The notes below the pieces were generated by a model that made no database searches, had not been told where the DNA came from, and saw nothing but the letters and a program-made list of their open reading frames with translations. This document shows, piece after piece, positions 10,176 through 19,111 of a DNA stretch of 64,000 nucleotides. Origin of the DNA: Nanobdellota archaeon (GTDB lineage Archaea; Nanobdellota; Nanobdellia; Pacearchaeales; GW2011-AR1); contig JANLHN010000003.1 in NCBI GenBank assembly GCA_024654505.1, positions 132,314 through 196,313 on the forward strand, given 5' to 3'. Numbering within the stretch: the first letter of the stretch is position 1; the number at the start of each line of letters is the position of its first letter. The position numbers were made by a program, and so were the translations under genes.

Positions 10176-10435
10176 ACGCCCACACCCTGCTCAAAGATAC
10201 GCCCACACCCTGCTCAAAGATACGCCCACACCCTGCTCGCCTTTAGGTCTGCAATAATCTTTTCATTTGTTCAGACCTAAAAGCTCGGCACCCATTTGGT
10301 GTACCTCTGTTGAGGCAAATCGAAGGTTCGATGTCCGGGAAAACGCCCACACCCTGCTCGCCTTTAGGTCTGCAATAATCTTTTCATTTGTTCAGACCTA
10401 AAAGCTCGGAATCGAAGGTTCGATGTCCGGGAAAA
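10176..10435. repeat. Array of tRNA 3'-end mimics: 23-nt tandem units plus two 92/122-nt hairpin-containing units
   Basis: The 23-nt unit acgcccacaccctgctcaaagat is repeated 2.7 times (10176-10238). Two longer units follow, each starting acgcccacaccctgctcgcc and containing the inverted repeat TAGGTCTG...CAGACCTA. The proximal unit (10222-10342) carries a 30-nt insertion. Confidence 0.65.
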
Positions 10436-10516
10436 CGCCCACACCCGGAATCGAACCGGGATGCCAGTGAAGGCCCGGTTTTCTAGACCGGTGCAATACC
10501 ATTATACGATGTGGGC
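10436..10516 (-). tRNA. Class II tRNA (long variable arm), nominal anticodon AGA (Ser-like; atypical A34)
   Basis: An 81-nt cloverleaf with acceptor GCCCACA/TGTGGGC. The anticodon stem is CCGGT/ACCGG with loop CTAGAAA. The variable arm has a GCC..GGC stem and the T arm is CCCGG-TTCGATT-CCGGG. The first 25 nt are near-identical to tRNA-Ser(GGA). Confidence 0.5.
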
Positions 10517-10559
10517 TTTGCTTATAATTGATGAAGAAAATATGTTTTTAAAAGTTGGC

Positions 10560-11333
10560 TTAGGACAATTCTAACAAAACGGGGCAATGGTCGCTTCCGT
10601 GAACATCATTGAGAATATCTGTTTTCTTTATCTTCTTTCGAAGCTCGGGACTTATTCCAAAATAATCTAGACGCCAGCCGACATTTCTTGCTCTTGCATT
10701 CATTCTATAGGACCACCAAGAGTATTTTACTTTGTCTGGATGGCTGTGTCGGAAGGTGTCTATGAAACCTATGTCAAGAAGGTCTTGGAATCTTTCTCTT
10801 TCCTTATCTGTGAATCCTGGGCTTCCGGGGTTTGTTGCTGTAGTTTTATTTGAGTCTGGTCTTGCAATGTCTATTTCATGGTGAGCGACGTTTAAGTCTC
10901 CACAAAAGATTACAGGTTTATCTTTTTCTAATTTTTTTAGATGTTTTTTGAATGCAATGTCCCATTCATTGTATCTAAAATTTAATCTTGACAAATCTCC
11001 TTTTGAGTTTGGAGTATAAACATTTACTAAATAAAAACTTTCGAATTCGAGGGTTTGTACTCTGCCTTCCTCGTCGAGGATTCCTATTCCATTTTGGATA
11101 CTGATAGGTTTTATCTTTGAGAATGTTGCGGTCCCTGCATATCCTTTTCTTTCAGCAGGGTTCCAGAAATGGTGTGCGAAATCATCTGCCAATTCCATAT
11201 CAACTTGTTCGGGGTGTGCCTTTATTTCCTGTAAGCATAGGATGTCTGGGTCTTCTTTTTCAACAAATTTTACGAATCCTTTTTTAATCACCGCGCGAAT
11301 CCCATTTACATTCCAAGATATTAATTTCACCAT
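10560..11333 (-). CDS. xth: Exodeoxyribonuclease III / AP endonuclease (Xth family)
   Basis: The N-terminus MVKLISWNVNGIRA and the length (257 aa) fit the ExoIII/EEP fold. Confidence 0.8.
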   Translation of the reverse strand: MVKLISWNVNGIRAVIKKGFVKFVEKEDPDILCLQEIKAHPEQVDMELADDFAHHFWNPAERKGYAGTATFSKIKPISIQNGIGILDEEGRVQTLEFESFYLVNVYTPNSKGDLSRLNFRYNEWDIAFKKHLKKLEKDKPVIFCGDLNVAHHEIDIARPDSNKTTATNPGSPGFTDKERERFQDLLDIGFIDTFRHSHPDKVKYSWWSYRMNARARNVGWRLDYFGISPELRKKIKKTDILNDVHGSDHCPVLLELS

Positions 11334-11370
11334 TAAAGTATATTGGGAGAAGTGTTTATAAGATTAAGGA

Positions 11371-11733
11371 TTAAAGTTTAAACATTTTATTTAGGTCTTC
11401 TACACTTGGGATTGTGGGGTCTGTTCTTTCTTCCAAAGCCCTCATGTCTTGTGTTTCTAATGGCTCAAGACCTCTAAGAGAGTCACATTCGTCTTCATCT
11501 GAATATCTAGGTGCCCAATTTATTAATTGGTCTCCTCTTTTTCTTACCTTTCCTACTTCCCCACAGAATCTATCAAAATCGGGATGATTGTAAGAATCCG
11601 CCCTAACATCTTCTTCTTTTTCTCCAACATCTAAAGCAATATATTGAAAATGGCCTCCAGGATGCCTTGCGACATAAATTTTCTTTGACATGTTGTGTTC
11701 AGAGAAAGAGGTGTTTAAAAAACTAATCCCCAC
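11371..11733 (-). CDS. Hypothetical protein (downstream of rps10)
   Basis: ORF only. The start may be the internal MSKKIY at 11691. No motif was recognised. Confidence 0.35.
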   Translation of the reverse strand: MGISFLNTSFSEHNMSKKIYVARHPGGHFQYIALDVGEKEEDVRADSYNHPDFDRFCGEVGKVRKRGDQLINWAPRYSDEDECDSLRGLEPLETQDMRALEERTDPTIPSVEDLNKMFKL

Positions 11734-11784
11734 AGGACTGATAAAAGTTGTATTGTTATAAATGTCATGTTTTTAGGGGTGTAT

Positions 11785-12099
11785 TTAGTCTACCATCTCT
11801 ATTTTGATCTTGACTGTTCTTGGAATACTCACCCTCATTATACTGTGAAGAATTTTATCATTTGCTGGGAGGTCAATGATTCTCTTATGGATTCTCATTT
11901 CGAATCGATCAAAAGTTGCTGTACCATTTCCACAAGGAGATTTTCTTGTTGTTACTTTTAACTTTTTTGTTGGAAGAGGAATTGGGCCAGAAATGGGCAT
12001 GCCGGCGCTGCTAGCAATAAATTTTATCCGATCAATAACTTCGTTTAACTTATCGATCTCTACACTTTGCAGCTTTATCCGAACTGAACTCATATTCAT
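11785..12099 (-). CDS. rps10: 30S ribosomal protein S10 (uS10)
   Basis: The sequence IRIKL...GPIPLPTKKLKVTTRKSP...FDRFEMRIHKRIIDL is a near-canonical archaeal uS10. Confidence 0.85.
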   Translation of the reverse strand: MNMSSVRIKLQSVEIDKLNEVIDRIKFIASSAGMPISGPIPLPTKKLKVTTRKSPCGNGTATFDRFEMRIHKRIIDLPANDKILHSIMRVSIPRTVKIKIEMVD

Positions 12100-12140
12100 T
12101 TGACAAAAATTACACTTTTAAACCTTCCTGTCTATATTTC

Positions 12141-12851
12141 TTGATGGAGAGGAAGACTTACATTTTAGTCATTTTAGTAATTGTAACAGGAGTTCTTTAT
12201 TATATGGCGACAGAAGAAGTTGTAGTCCAAAAATCTGTTAAAATTGTTAGGGTTATCGACGGAGACACCGTTGAAACTAGTGGTGGTGAGAAGATTAGGT
12301 TAAAGGGAATAAATACTCCTGAAAAGGGAATGTCTTATTATCTCGAAGCTAAGAATCATTTAGAAAATTTGGTTTTGAATAAATCTGTGGAGCTTGAGGA
12401 TTATGGTTTGGACCAATATGGTCGAATTCTTGGTCATATCTATTTTGGAGAGGTTTATGTTAATGGGGAACTTGTCAAAAATGGGCTTGCTTTTTCTTAT
12501 TACTATGGAGAGGATAAACATTCTGAAGAGCTTTTGGATTTGGAAGATGTTGCTAGGGAGAAGGAGACAGGATTATGGAAAAAATCTCCTGATTTTGGTT
12601 GTTTAGAATTGATAGAACTAAGATATAAAGAGCCTGGTGAAAGATGTACTAATGGAGAGTTGTTGAGAATAAGAAATTCTTGTGATAAGAGCTTTAATTT
12701 TACTATAAAAGATGATGCAACACATATTTATAAAGAATTTATAGAAAAAAAAGGTTTTTTTGAAAAGACTTTCTCGTGTATATTTAATGATGATGGAGAT
12801 TCTTTATATGTTATAGATGATAAAGGTTTATTAATATTTTATCGTTACTGA
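12141..12851 (+). CDS. Membrane-anchored thermonuclease (SNase-like) with Cys-rich C-terminal extension
   Basis: An N-terminal TM helix anchors the protein. The staphylococcal-nuclease signature is VIDGDTVE...IRLKGINTPE. A roughly 80-aa tail carries four Cys. Confidence 0.65.
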   Translation: MMERKTYILVILVIVTGVLYYMATEEVVVQKSVKIVRVIDGDTVETSGGEKIRLKGINTPEKGMSYYLEAKNHLENLVLNKSVELEDYGLDQYGRILGHIYFGEVYVNGELVKNGLAFSYYYGEDKHSEELLDLEDVAREKETGLWKKSPDFGCLELIELRYKEPGERCTNGELLRIRNSCDKSFNFTIKDDATHIYKEFIEKKGFFEKTFSCIFNDDGDSLYVIDDKGLLIFYRY

Positions 12852-12858
12852 TTTTAAG

Positions 12859-13251
12859 ATGACTATTTTGAGTACTTATGTAGTTGATAAATTGAAAAGC
12901 ATCCTTTATCAGGAGTATTGGCTTAGAAACCAGCACAAATATGGTGGTCAGACTTCAGTGGAATATTGGCGTGATTGTGATAGGGCAATATCAGAGCCTT
13001 ATAGGAAGAAATTGGAGGCATTGGGGCGAGGAGAGTCAGTTAGGGAACTTGAAGATGGCTACGTTGAGGGGGTAAGGGCTGAGGTTAAAAGAGAAGGAGC
13101 TAGAAGATCTAAGTTAGAAGAAGAAGTTGAAGAAAGGAAAATTAGAAGTCATATTGAGCCGGAAAAACCGAGGCTTGAAGGGGGTTCTCGAGGTGGGCTG
13201 AGAAAGGTGTGGAACCTAATAACAAAGAAGAAGAAACAACCTCTCTATTAA
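12859..13251 (+). CDS. Hypothetical charged (Arg/Glu-rich) protein
   Basis: ORF only (130 aa). Confidence 0.35.
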   Translation: MTILSTYVVDKLKSILYQEYWLRNQHKYGGQTSVEYWRDCDRAISEPYRKKLEALGRGESVRELEDGYVEGVRAEVKREGARRSKLEEEVEERKIRSHIEPEKPRLEGGSRGGLRKVWNLITKKKKQPLY

Positions 13252-13294
13252 ATAAAAAGGGTAGGTTTTAATATATCTTTTTGGTGAGTATTAT

Positions 13295-13765
13295 ATGATA
13301 AACTTATTTAATTTTTCAGTTTTTGTGGGGATAATTTTTGAACCATTAGCTATGGTAATAATTGGTCTAGCGATTGCACTTTATTTGTTTGTGAGAAAAA
13401 TGAATAGAAGAGGATATTTCTTTGCTTCTATTTTAATTATTGCAGGAATTTTGATAAAGTTGTTTAAAGAATTTATTCAGAAGGCTAGACCATTGGATAT
13501 GCTTATTCAAGAGACAGGTTATGCTTTTCCAAGTGGACATGCAACAATTTCTGTTGTTTTCTTTGGCTCTCTTGCTTACCTAATATCTAGGAATAAATCT
13601 CAGAAGATTAAAGTTTTGTCTTCGGTGATTGCAGGAATTCTTGTTTTAATTACGGGATTTACAAGATTATATCTTGGAGTCCATGATGTCTATGATGTTC
13701 TCGGAGGATTTGTCCTTGGAGGGATAGTCTTAGTTATAGGGATTTTGTGGTTTGGGAAGGAGTAA
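13295..13765 (+). CDS. PAP2-family phosphatase (membrane)
   Basis: Three PAP2 motifs are present: KARPLD, PSGH, and LYLGVHDVYD. The protein has multiple TM helices. Confidence 0.65.
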   Translation: MINLFNFSVFVGIIFEPLAMVIIGLAIALYLFVRKMNRRGYFFASILIIAGILIKLFKEFIQKARPLDMLIQETGYAFPSGHATISVVFFGSLAYLISRNKSQKIKVLSSVIAGILVLITGFTRLYLGVHDVYDVLGGFVLGGIVLVIGILWFGKE

Positions 13766-14498
13766 GAAATTTTTCTAATTTTTTAAGATATCTTTCTAGC
13801 TTCTGGATATATGCCCTTTTCTCTTCTAGGCTTTTATGTGGTGTTTTGAAGTATAGCTTAAAAGTATCATGAACTATGTGGTCTTTATCTTTGATTGATT
13901 TGGTTAGTTTTTTCCAGCTATGTGGTGGATTTTTGCCCAAGACTTTTTGTTCATTTTCTATAAGCCAGAATATTTGTTTTAAAATTTCATGAATGTGGAA
14001 CTTGCCTTTTTTATAATCTGGTAAGAACCATGAGTTGAAGATCCCTATCATGTTTTTTAGTCTTTTTTCATGGCTTCCTTTAGGTAATGATTCAACGTTC
14101 AATGGTTCTCCGTAGATTAATTTGTAATTTTTCAAATGTTCAATCACTCTACTTGGAGCAGTTCCGGTATTTTTTCTTATCTTTAATCTTTTATTATTCT
14201 TTAACTCCCATAAAGAAAGACTGCCTAATTGAATCGGGGGTGAAAATTTCTTTCTATACTCTTTTTCTAGTTTCTTAATCTTCCCCACATATTTAGACCT
14301 TTTTAGCATGGTTGTCAAATCCACATCGCTATATTTGTTCATTTCACGACGAACAAAACTTCCTTTTAGGTAGATGGCAATAATTTCTTCTTGAGGGATA
14401 TTTTTGAGAATAATCTTTCTTGCAGATTTAACAGACTTTATTGCTTGTTTTTCTAGTTTTGTAACTCTCTTCCAGTCCTTCCAAAACCCAAAGTCCAT
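13734..14498 (-). CDS. Pol-beta-superfamily nucleotidyltransferase domain protein
   Basis: The motif GSFVRREMNKYSDVDL has the GS-x(n)-D-x-D pattern of minimal nucleotidyltransferases. Confidence 0.45.
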   Translation of the reverse strand: MDFGFWKDWKRVTKLEKQAIKSVKSARKIILKNIPQEEIIAIYLKGSFVRREMNKYSDVDLTTMLKRSKYVGKIKKLEKEYRKKFSPPIQLGSLSLWELKNNKRLKIRKNTGTAPSRVIEHLKNYKLIYGEPLNVESLPKGSHEKRLKNMIGIFNSWFLPDYKKGKFHIHEILKQIFWLIENEQKVLGKNPPHSWKKLTKSIKDKDHIVHDTFKLYFKTPHKSLEEKRAYIQKLERYLKKLEKFLTPSQTTKSL

Positions 14499-14590
14499 AC
14501 ATCAAAAATGTGAAAATAATATATAAAGTTAATCTATGTCAAAAATCGACGGTAAAGCTTTATAAAGAATAAATGCTATTATTATATTAG

Positions 14591-14800
14591 ATGGGAGTAG
14601 AGGGAGTGATTTGGTATTTGTTCTTGATAGATAGTTTATTCGCGAATGCGGGGGCATGGTTTTTTCCGAAATGGTATAAGAAGAAGTTTAGGGGATTGTG
14701 GAAACATTTGCCTTTAACTCGGGCATGGGCTTGTGTTTATTTAATCTTGATTATTTGGATTGGGTGTGCTCTTTTTAGACTTGGGGTTTTGTGGAGTTAA
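14591..14800 (+). CDS. Small membrane protein, hypothetical
   Basis: A 69-aa ORF with two hydrophobic helices. Confidence 0.3.
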   Translation: MGVEGVIWYLFLIDSLFANAGAWFFPKWYKKKFRGLWKHLPLTRAWACVYLILIIWIGCALFRLGVLWS

Positions 14801-15061
14801 TATTATAATATTATAAGAGGGCCGGCACACGCCGCGTGTGGTCGGCCCAATCATTGCAGCCTAAGCGCAATGACTATGATGTTTTTGGAAATTATTTTGA
14901 GTTAATAAATCAATCGCTCTGCTCACTATTCACTCTTGTGATTTAATTAATAGTCAAGAGCAAATTAGGAAGTTTAGTAATGTTGCAAACTCTTTGGAGG
15001 GGTTGGTTAGATTATTTATGCGCGAAGCGCTCTTTAGGAATATTTGTTGTGAAGCAACCTA

Positions 15062-15616
15062 TTATGCCGAAGGCAATATATTAAATTCAAGTTGTTTCAA
15101 GTCATAAGCTTGGCCGTCTTTGGTGATTACAAAATTATATTTTGCTGTGCAGGTTGGGGCATCAGTAGGGAATTCAAAAAAGACCGTTGCATGGTCAATC
15201 CACCCTTCTGGAATTTTGCCAAAACTATTTTTTCCCATTTTAATCCAAGATTCATTTGCGCAGGTATTTTTATCTGCTGTGAACTCATAAACAAAATAAT
15301 TTTCTCCAGAGGGATTTGGATTGTTTAAAGCGAAGGCTACACCAAAATATTGTCCTTTTGAAACGTTGATGTATCTTGTCGGAGGTAAATAGAATGCCAC
15401 CCCTTGATTCCTAATTTGACTACTGAGTATTCTTTGTATATTCTCATTGATGAATTGGAAATTATAGTTTTGATAATTAATTGTGGAGATGTTATCTTGA
15501 GTTACTTTAACCTCTTCTTGTTCTCCTTCCTGGTTTATGAATAATATAATTATCCCTATTGTTATAATAAATATTGTAAGAATTATCACAAAAATTATTT
15601 TTGTGTCTTTTATCAT
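15062..15616 (-). CDS. Membrane-anchored extracellular hypothetical protein
   Basis: An N-terminal TM helix followed by a hydrophilic domain. Confidence 0.4.
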   Translation of the reverse strand: MIKDTKIIFVIILTIFIITIGIIILFINQEGEQEEVKVTQDNISTINYQNYNFQFINENIQRILSSQIRNQGVAFYLPPTRYINVSKGQYFGVAFALNNPNPSGENYFVYEFTADKNTCANESWIKMGKNSFGKIPEGWIDHATVFFEFPTDAPTCTAKYNFVITKDGQAYDLKQLEFNILPSA

Positions 15617-16131
15617 TTGAGTTTTTTATAACCAAAGAAAACTAATGTAAAGAGTGCAATTCCTAAAAAGATGGTTCTTAGAACATCAGAGAGTTCGCTC
15701 CAATATCTTATTGTCCCATAAATCATTAGTATGGCTCCCCCGCCCATAAATCCTGTAGAGATTGCTTCCACAGATAAAAAGAACGCAAGAATAAGAATTA
15801 TTAGTCCTAAAAAGAGATTGATTATGAAGACATGAAACTCATAGGGTTCTTTTGCTGAGTTATATTCTTCATTACACATTGTATAAAAATCACAATATCC
15901 TTCTCTCCCGTCAGGGACTTTTTCAGCATAAGGTATCCAAGTTCCCTCTAACTCTAGACATTGTACTTCGTTGGTTATTTCAATAGGTCTATCAAATTTT
16001 CCACAATAATCCTCATATTTTGGAGAAGGATAAAATGACTGGATTGCGTAGGCAATAAAGAAGACGGCAATTAAAGCGATGGCTATAGCGAGTATAGTTT
16101 GTTTTGTCTTAGAATGTTTCCCTTTTACCAT
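15613..16131 (-). CDS. Membrane protein, hypothetical
   Basis: Two or three TM helices with a Cys-containing loop. The start overlaps the stop of the downstream gene by 4 nt, suggesting an operon. Confidence 0.4.
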   Translation of the reverse strand: MVKGKHSKTKQTILAIAIALIAVFFIAYAIQSFYPSPKYEDYCGKFDRPIEITNEVQCLELEGTWIPYAEKVPDGREGYCDFYTMCNEEYNSAKEPYEFHVFIINLFLGLIILILAFFLSVEAISTGFMGGGAILMIYGTIRYWSELSDVLRTIFLGIALFTLVFFGYKKLK

Positions 16132-16173
16132 GATAGATGTAGTCTAAATTAGTTTATAATCGTTTTGATAGTT

Positions 16174-16956
16174 TCAACTTCCTTCTATTACTTTGACGAG
16201 GCCTTTGTATCTTTTCTTTGCCTCCTTGCCTCTTTGTGGTTCGCCTGCAAGTGCTGCTTCTAAAGATTCTTGTTTCACTTGTTTAGACACATCTCTTGGA
16301 ACAACTAAATAAAAATGGTCTATCCTTTCTAAGGCCCCTCCACATGCAGGATAACAAACTTCAATAAGGGCATTATCCTCTGGTTTTTTATCATCTAATA
16401 ATCTGAAAGTTGCGTCGGCCAATTCTCTTTTTGTATATGTTTTTCCTCTAAATTCAAACTGACCATTCTTATTATTTACTCCAACTCCTTCTGGAAGATA
16501 TACCATCATAGGAATTCCTGTAGCTAAAATTTCTGGAGCTCTTTCTAGAATAGGTCTATGGTCTTCAAAAAAAGTAGGGTCTGAAAAAACCAGGCCATTG
16601 TTATCCATTTTAGGGAGATATTTATTAACATCTTTCGTCCAGTCAGAGCCAACAGTTAATGAAGGCCATCCATCGGTGTTTTTAACTAATTCTGCCCTGG
16701 GATTTTTTTTAATTTCGTGAAGAACCATTTCAGGGTCCAATGATGTAACTCTTTTGAGGATATCTCTTGCTTGAAAGGCAGAACCATCATAAAAACATCC
16801 TAGAGATTTTTCATATCTTCCTTCTCCTGAATGACATTCAAAGTAAAAGAAGGGGACTCCTTGTTTTGAGATGTTTGATAAAACTGCTTTAAGAACTCCA
16901 GATTTTACTACATCTGCACGATTATTAGGAGTATATCCTACTTTGATTTTTGCCAT
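16174..16956 (-). CDS. RlmJ-like (DUF519) rRNA adenine-N6 methyltransferase family protein
   Basis: NRADVVKSGVL...PFFYFECHSGEGRY aligns with E. coli RlmJ (NHADVLKHTV...PFLYLDTHAGAGRY). The motif-IV-like segment GLVFSDPTFF corresponds to RlmJ GLILIDPPYE. Confidence 0.55.
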   Translation of the reverse strand: MAKIKVGYTPNNRADVVKSGVLKAVLSNISKQGVPFFYFECHSGEGRYEKSLGCFYDGSAFQARDILKRVTSLDPEMVLHEIKKNPRAELVKNTDGWPSLTVGSDWTKDVNKYLPKMDNNGLVFSDPTFFEDHRPILERAPEILATGIPMMVYLPEGVGVNNKNGQFEFRGKTYTKRELADATFRLLDDKKPEDNALIEVCYPACGGALERIDHFYLVVPRDVSKQVKQESLEAALAGEPQRGKEAKKRYKGLVKVIEGS

Positions 16957-17060
16957 TCTCTTCGATAAATTTTTTTGTTTAAATACCTTCCCACGACTGT
17001 CTTAATTATATAGTTACAACTATCCCAAAGTTTTATAAATGGCAAATTCATCTATTTTTC

Positions 17061-17642
17061 ATGGAAAAGTCTGCTAATCAGATTGAAAAAAATGTTTCTG
17101 CAAGTTTTGGATATGTTAAGAAAGACATGCTTATGTTGAATGATGCGTTCTCAGATTTACATGATAAGATGCAGCACCTTAGTATGAATCATGCCGGTCT
17201 TTTGGAAGAAATTGGGAGATTAAGGGCAAAGATTGCTTCTCTCGAGGGAAAAAGGGCACCATCAAAGAAAATTGTGAAGAAAATTGTTGTGAAAAAGAGC
17301 CCTAATAAAAAAGAAGATTTAACAAAAGTAGAGGGTATTGGTCCTGCAATTAAGAATCTTTTATGGAAAAACAAGATTGACACTTATAAAATATTGGGTG
17401 ACAAGACTCCTGAGGAATTGAGGGCAATTCTTGATAGGGCTGGTCCAAAGTTCCAAATGCATAATCCATCAACTTGGCCAAGACAGGCAAGAATGGCAGC
17501 TGCTGGGGAATGGAAGGAATTGAAGGAACTTCAAGATAAGTTGAAGGGTGGATTGTTTGAAAAGAAAGTTGTGAAGAAAAAGGCTCCTGCTAATAAGAAA
17601 GAAGTGAAAAAGGTTGTTAAAGAAACAACCACTTATGGCTAA
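17061..17642 (+). CDS. Lys-rich helix-hairpin-helix protein
   Basis: The HhH motif is LTKVEGIGPAIKNLL. N-terminal coiled-coil and Lys-rich linkers are present. Confidence 0.45.
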   Translation: MEKSANQIEKNVSASFGYVKKDMLMLNDAFSDLHDKMQHLSMNHAGLLEEIGRLRAKIASLEGKRAPSKKIVKKIVVKKSPNKKEDLTKVEGIGPAIKNLLWKNKIDTYKILGDKTPEELRAILDRAGPKFQMHNPSTWPRQARMAAAGEWKELKELQDKLKGGLFEKKVVKKKAPANKKEVKKVVKETTTYG

Positions 17643-17681
17643 GCCCAATAGCATCTTCGCTAGGCCTTGATTTAATATTTA

Positions 17682-18254
17682 TTATACTAACCTCTTACCA
17701 ATATCCCCACTATTTGCCCATAAGAAAAAACCATCTGGTTTTACAATTCCTTCAAGGTTTTGAGAAAGTCTTCTAACTAAATCTGATTCAGAGCCAACAA
17801 CTTTATACATTACCTCTGGGCAATCTACAAGTCCTCTTGAATGGGCAGCATCGACAATAATTTTTCCAGAAGGGTCAATGACTAATTTATCTTGTTCAAA
17901 AAGTCTCGCTTGTATAAATCTAAAGTTCTCATCACTTGAACCCACATCTAAACCAATAGGGACAGCCCCCATATAATCTAAAACACGACAAAGCCAAGGT
18001 TCATAAATCCCATTGGTGTTACCTCTGGAATTGCTTGAACCAGAACCCAAATCTAAAATTGTTTTTCCTTTTAAGTTTGGAGTTTCAAAAGCCGCCATTA
18101 GATGAGCAAGACTAATCTGAGTAATTCCTGCTGCAGAAAGAGAGAACCTTTGGTTTTCAGCACTAAAAGAATTTACAACTTCTCCTGCAGGATGGTAATA
18201 ATTAATCCATGCATTTCCAATATCTTTATAATTTAAAATCTTCATCTTTAACAA
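17682..18254 (-). CDS. SAM-dependent methyltransferase-like protein
   Basis: ILDLGSGSS is a glycine-rich motif I. The remainder is divergent. Confidence 0.4.
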   Translation of the reverse strand: MLKMKILNYKDIGNAWINYYHPAGEVVNSFSAENQRFSLSAAGITQISLAHLMAAFETPNLKGKTILDLGSGSSNSRGNTNGIYEPWLCRVLDYMGAVPIGLDVGSSDENFRFIQARLFEQDKLVIDPSGKIIVDAAHSRGLVDCPEVMYKVVGSESDLVRRLSQNLEGIVKPDGFFLWANSGDIGKRLV

Positions 18255-18420
18255 AATTTAAGGCCCTTTAAAAAGCTTGTGTTTGTTGTTATTATTGAGT
18301 GATTAAATCTTCTTAAATAATCAAAGGAGTTAAACTTAAAAACTAAATCTCCAAAGAATATTTATGCCTCAATAGTATAAAGTAACATCCTAGATGTTGT
18401 ATGAATACAATTGAAGCAAA

Positions 18421-18492
18421 GCCTCAATAGTATAGTGGTTAGTACGTGGCCCTGTCGCGGCCAAGATCCGGGTTCAATCCCCGGTTGGGGCG
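18421..18492 (+). tRNA. tRNA-Asp (anticodon GUC)
   Basis: A 72-nt cloverleaf with acceptor GCCTCAA/TTGGGGC. The anticodon stem is TGGCC/GGCCA with loop CTGTCGC. The T arm is CCGGG-TTCAATC-CCCGG and the discriminator is G. Confidence 0.8.
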
Positions 18493-19038
18493 TAATACCT
18501 TTTTGACGGAATCAGGGGTTGTGTTTTCATTTAGCCTGATTCTTATCTTATTTTTTAATTGTCTTTTTTTATCTTCTTCTTTAAGAAATAGCTTACCTGC
18601 ATTAGTTAATACGATTTCTTTTTTTAAGAATCCAGAAATATGTTCTAAATAGAATAAGTTATTCATTTTTCCTCTGCCGTCAGGATCATTTATTATGGGT
18701 TTTGTTTTACTGAATATTTTATGGTATTCGTTGTTATTAACTCTGCCACCATCATTTCTTATCTTATCTAAAACAGAATATACTATGTCATCTCCCTTGG
18801 AATTTATTGTCATTGAAACCAATACTGGCACTCCCTTCCTGCTTTCTTTCGGAGAAGGATTAAGATTGACCAATCCTTTCTCATATAGACCTCTGCAATA
18901 TCTCCAAGCATTTTTAAAATCCATCTTTAGTTCTTGAGATATCTCTGAAATTGTTTTTGGTTTTTCCCAAAGTAAATTGATAATGTCTGCTTCTTTTATA
19001 GTTACTTTCTCTCCTAAGGGGTTAGTTATGTCATTCAT
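18439..19038 (-). CDS. Winged-HTH protein (putative transcriptional regulator); 3' end runs antisense through tRNA-Asp
   Basis: The N-terminal wHTH is ISEISQELKMDFKNAWRYCRGLYEKGLV. The ORF stop lies inside the tRNA gene on the other strand, so the C-terminus (…RGLNPDLGRDRATY) is uncertain. Confidence 0.4.
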   Translation of the reverse strand: MNDITNPLGEKVTIKEADIINLLWEKPKTISEISQELKMDFKNAWRYCRGLYEKGLVNLNPSPKESRKGVPVLVSMTINSKGDDIVYSVLDKIRNDGGRVNNNEYHKIFSKTKPIINDPDGRGKMNNLFYLEHISGFLKKEIVLTNAGKLFLKEEDKKRQLKNKIRIRLNENTTPDSVKKVLRPNRGLNPDLGRDRATY

Positions 19039-19111
19039 TTCGTATTTATTATGTTATTTTGAATATTTGATGACGAAGTTATTTATAAACTTATGTCAAA
19101 ATGATATCTTT

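Noticed and set aside
10176-10238. 23-nt tandem repeats considered as a CRISPR array
   Set aside because: The units abut each other with no spacers and are reverse complements of a tRNA 3' end. No cas genes are adjacent.
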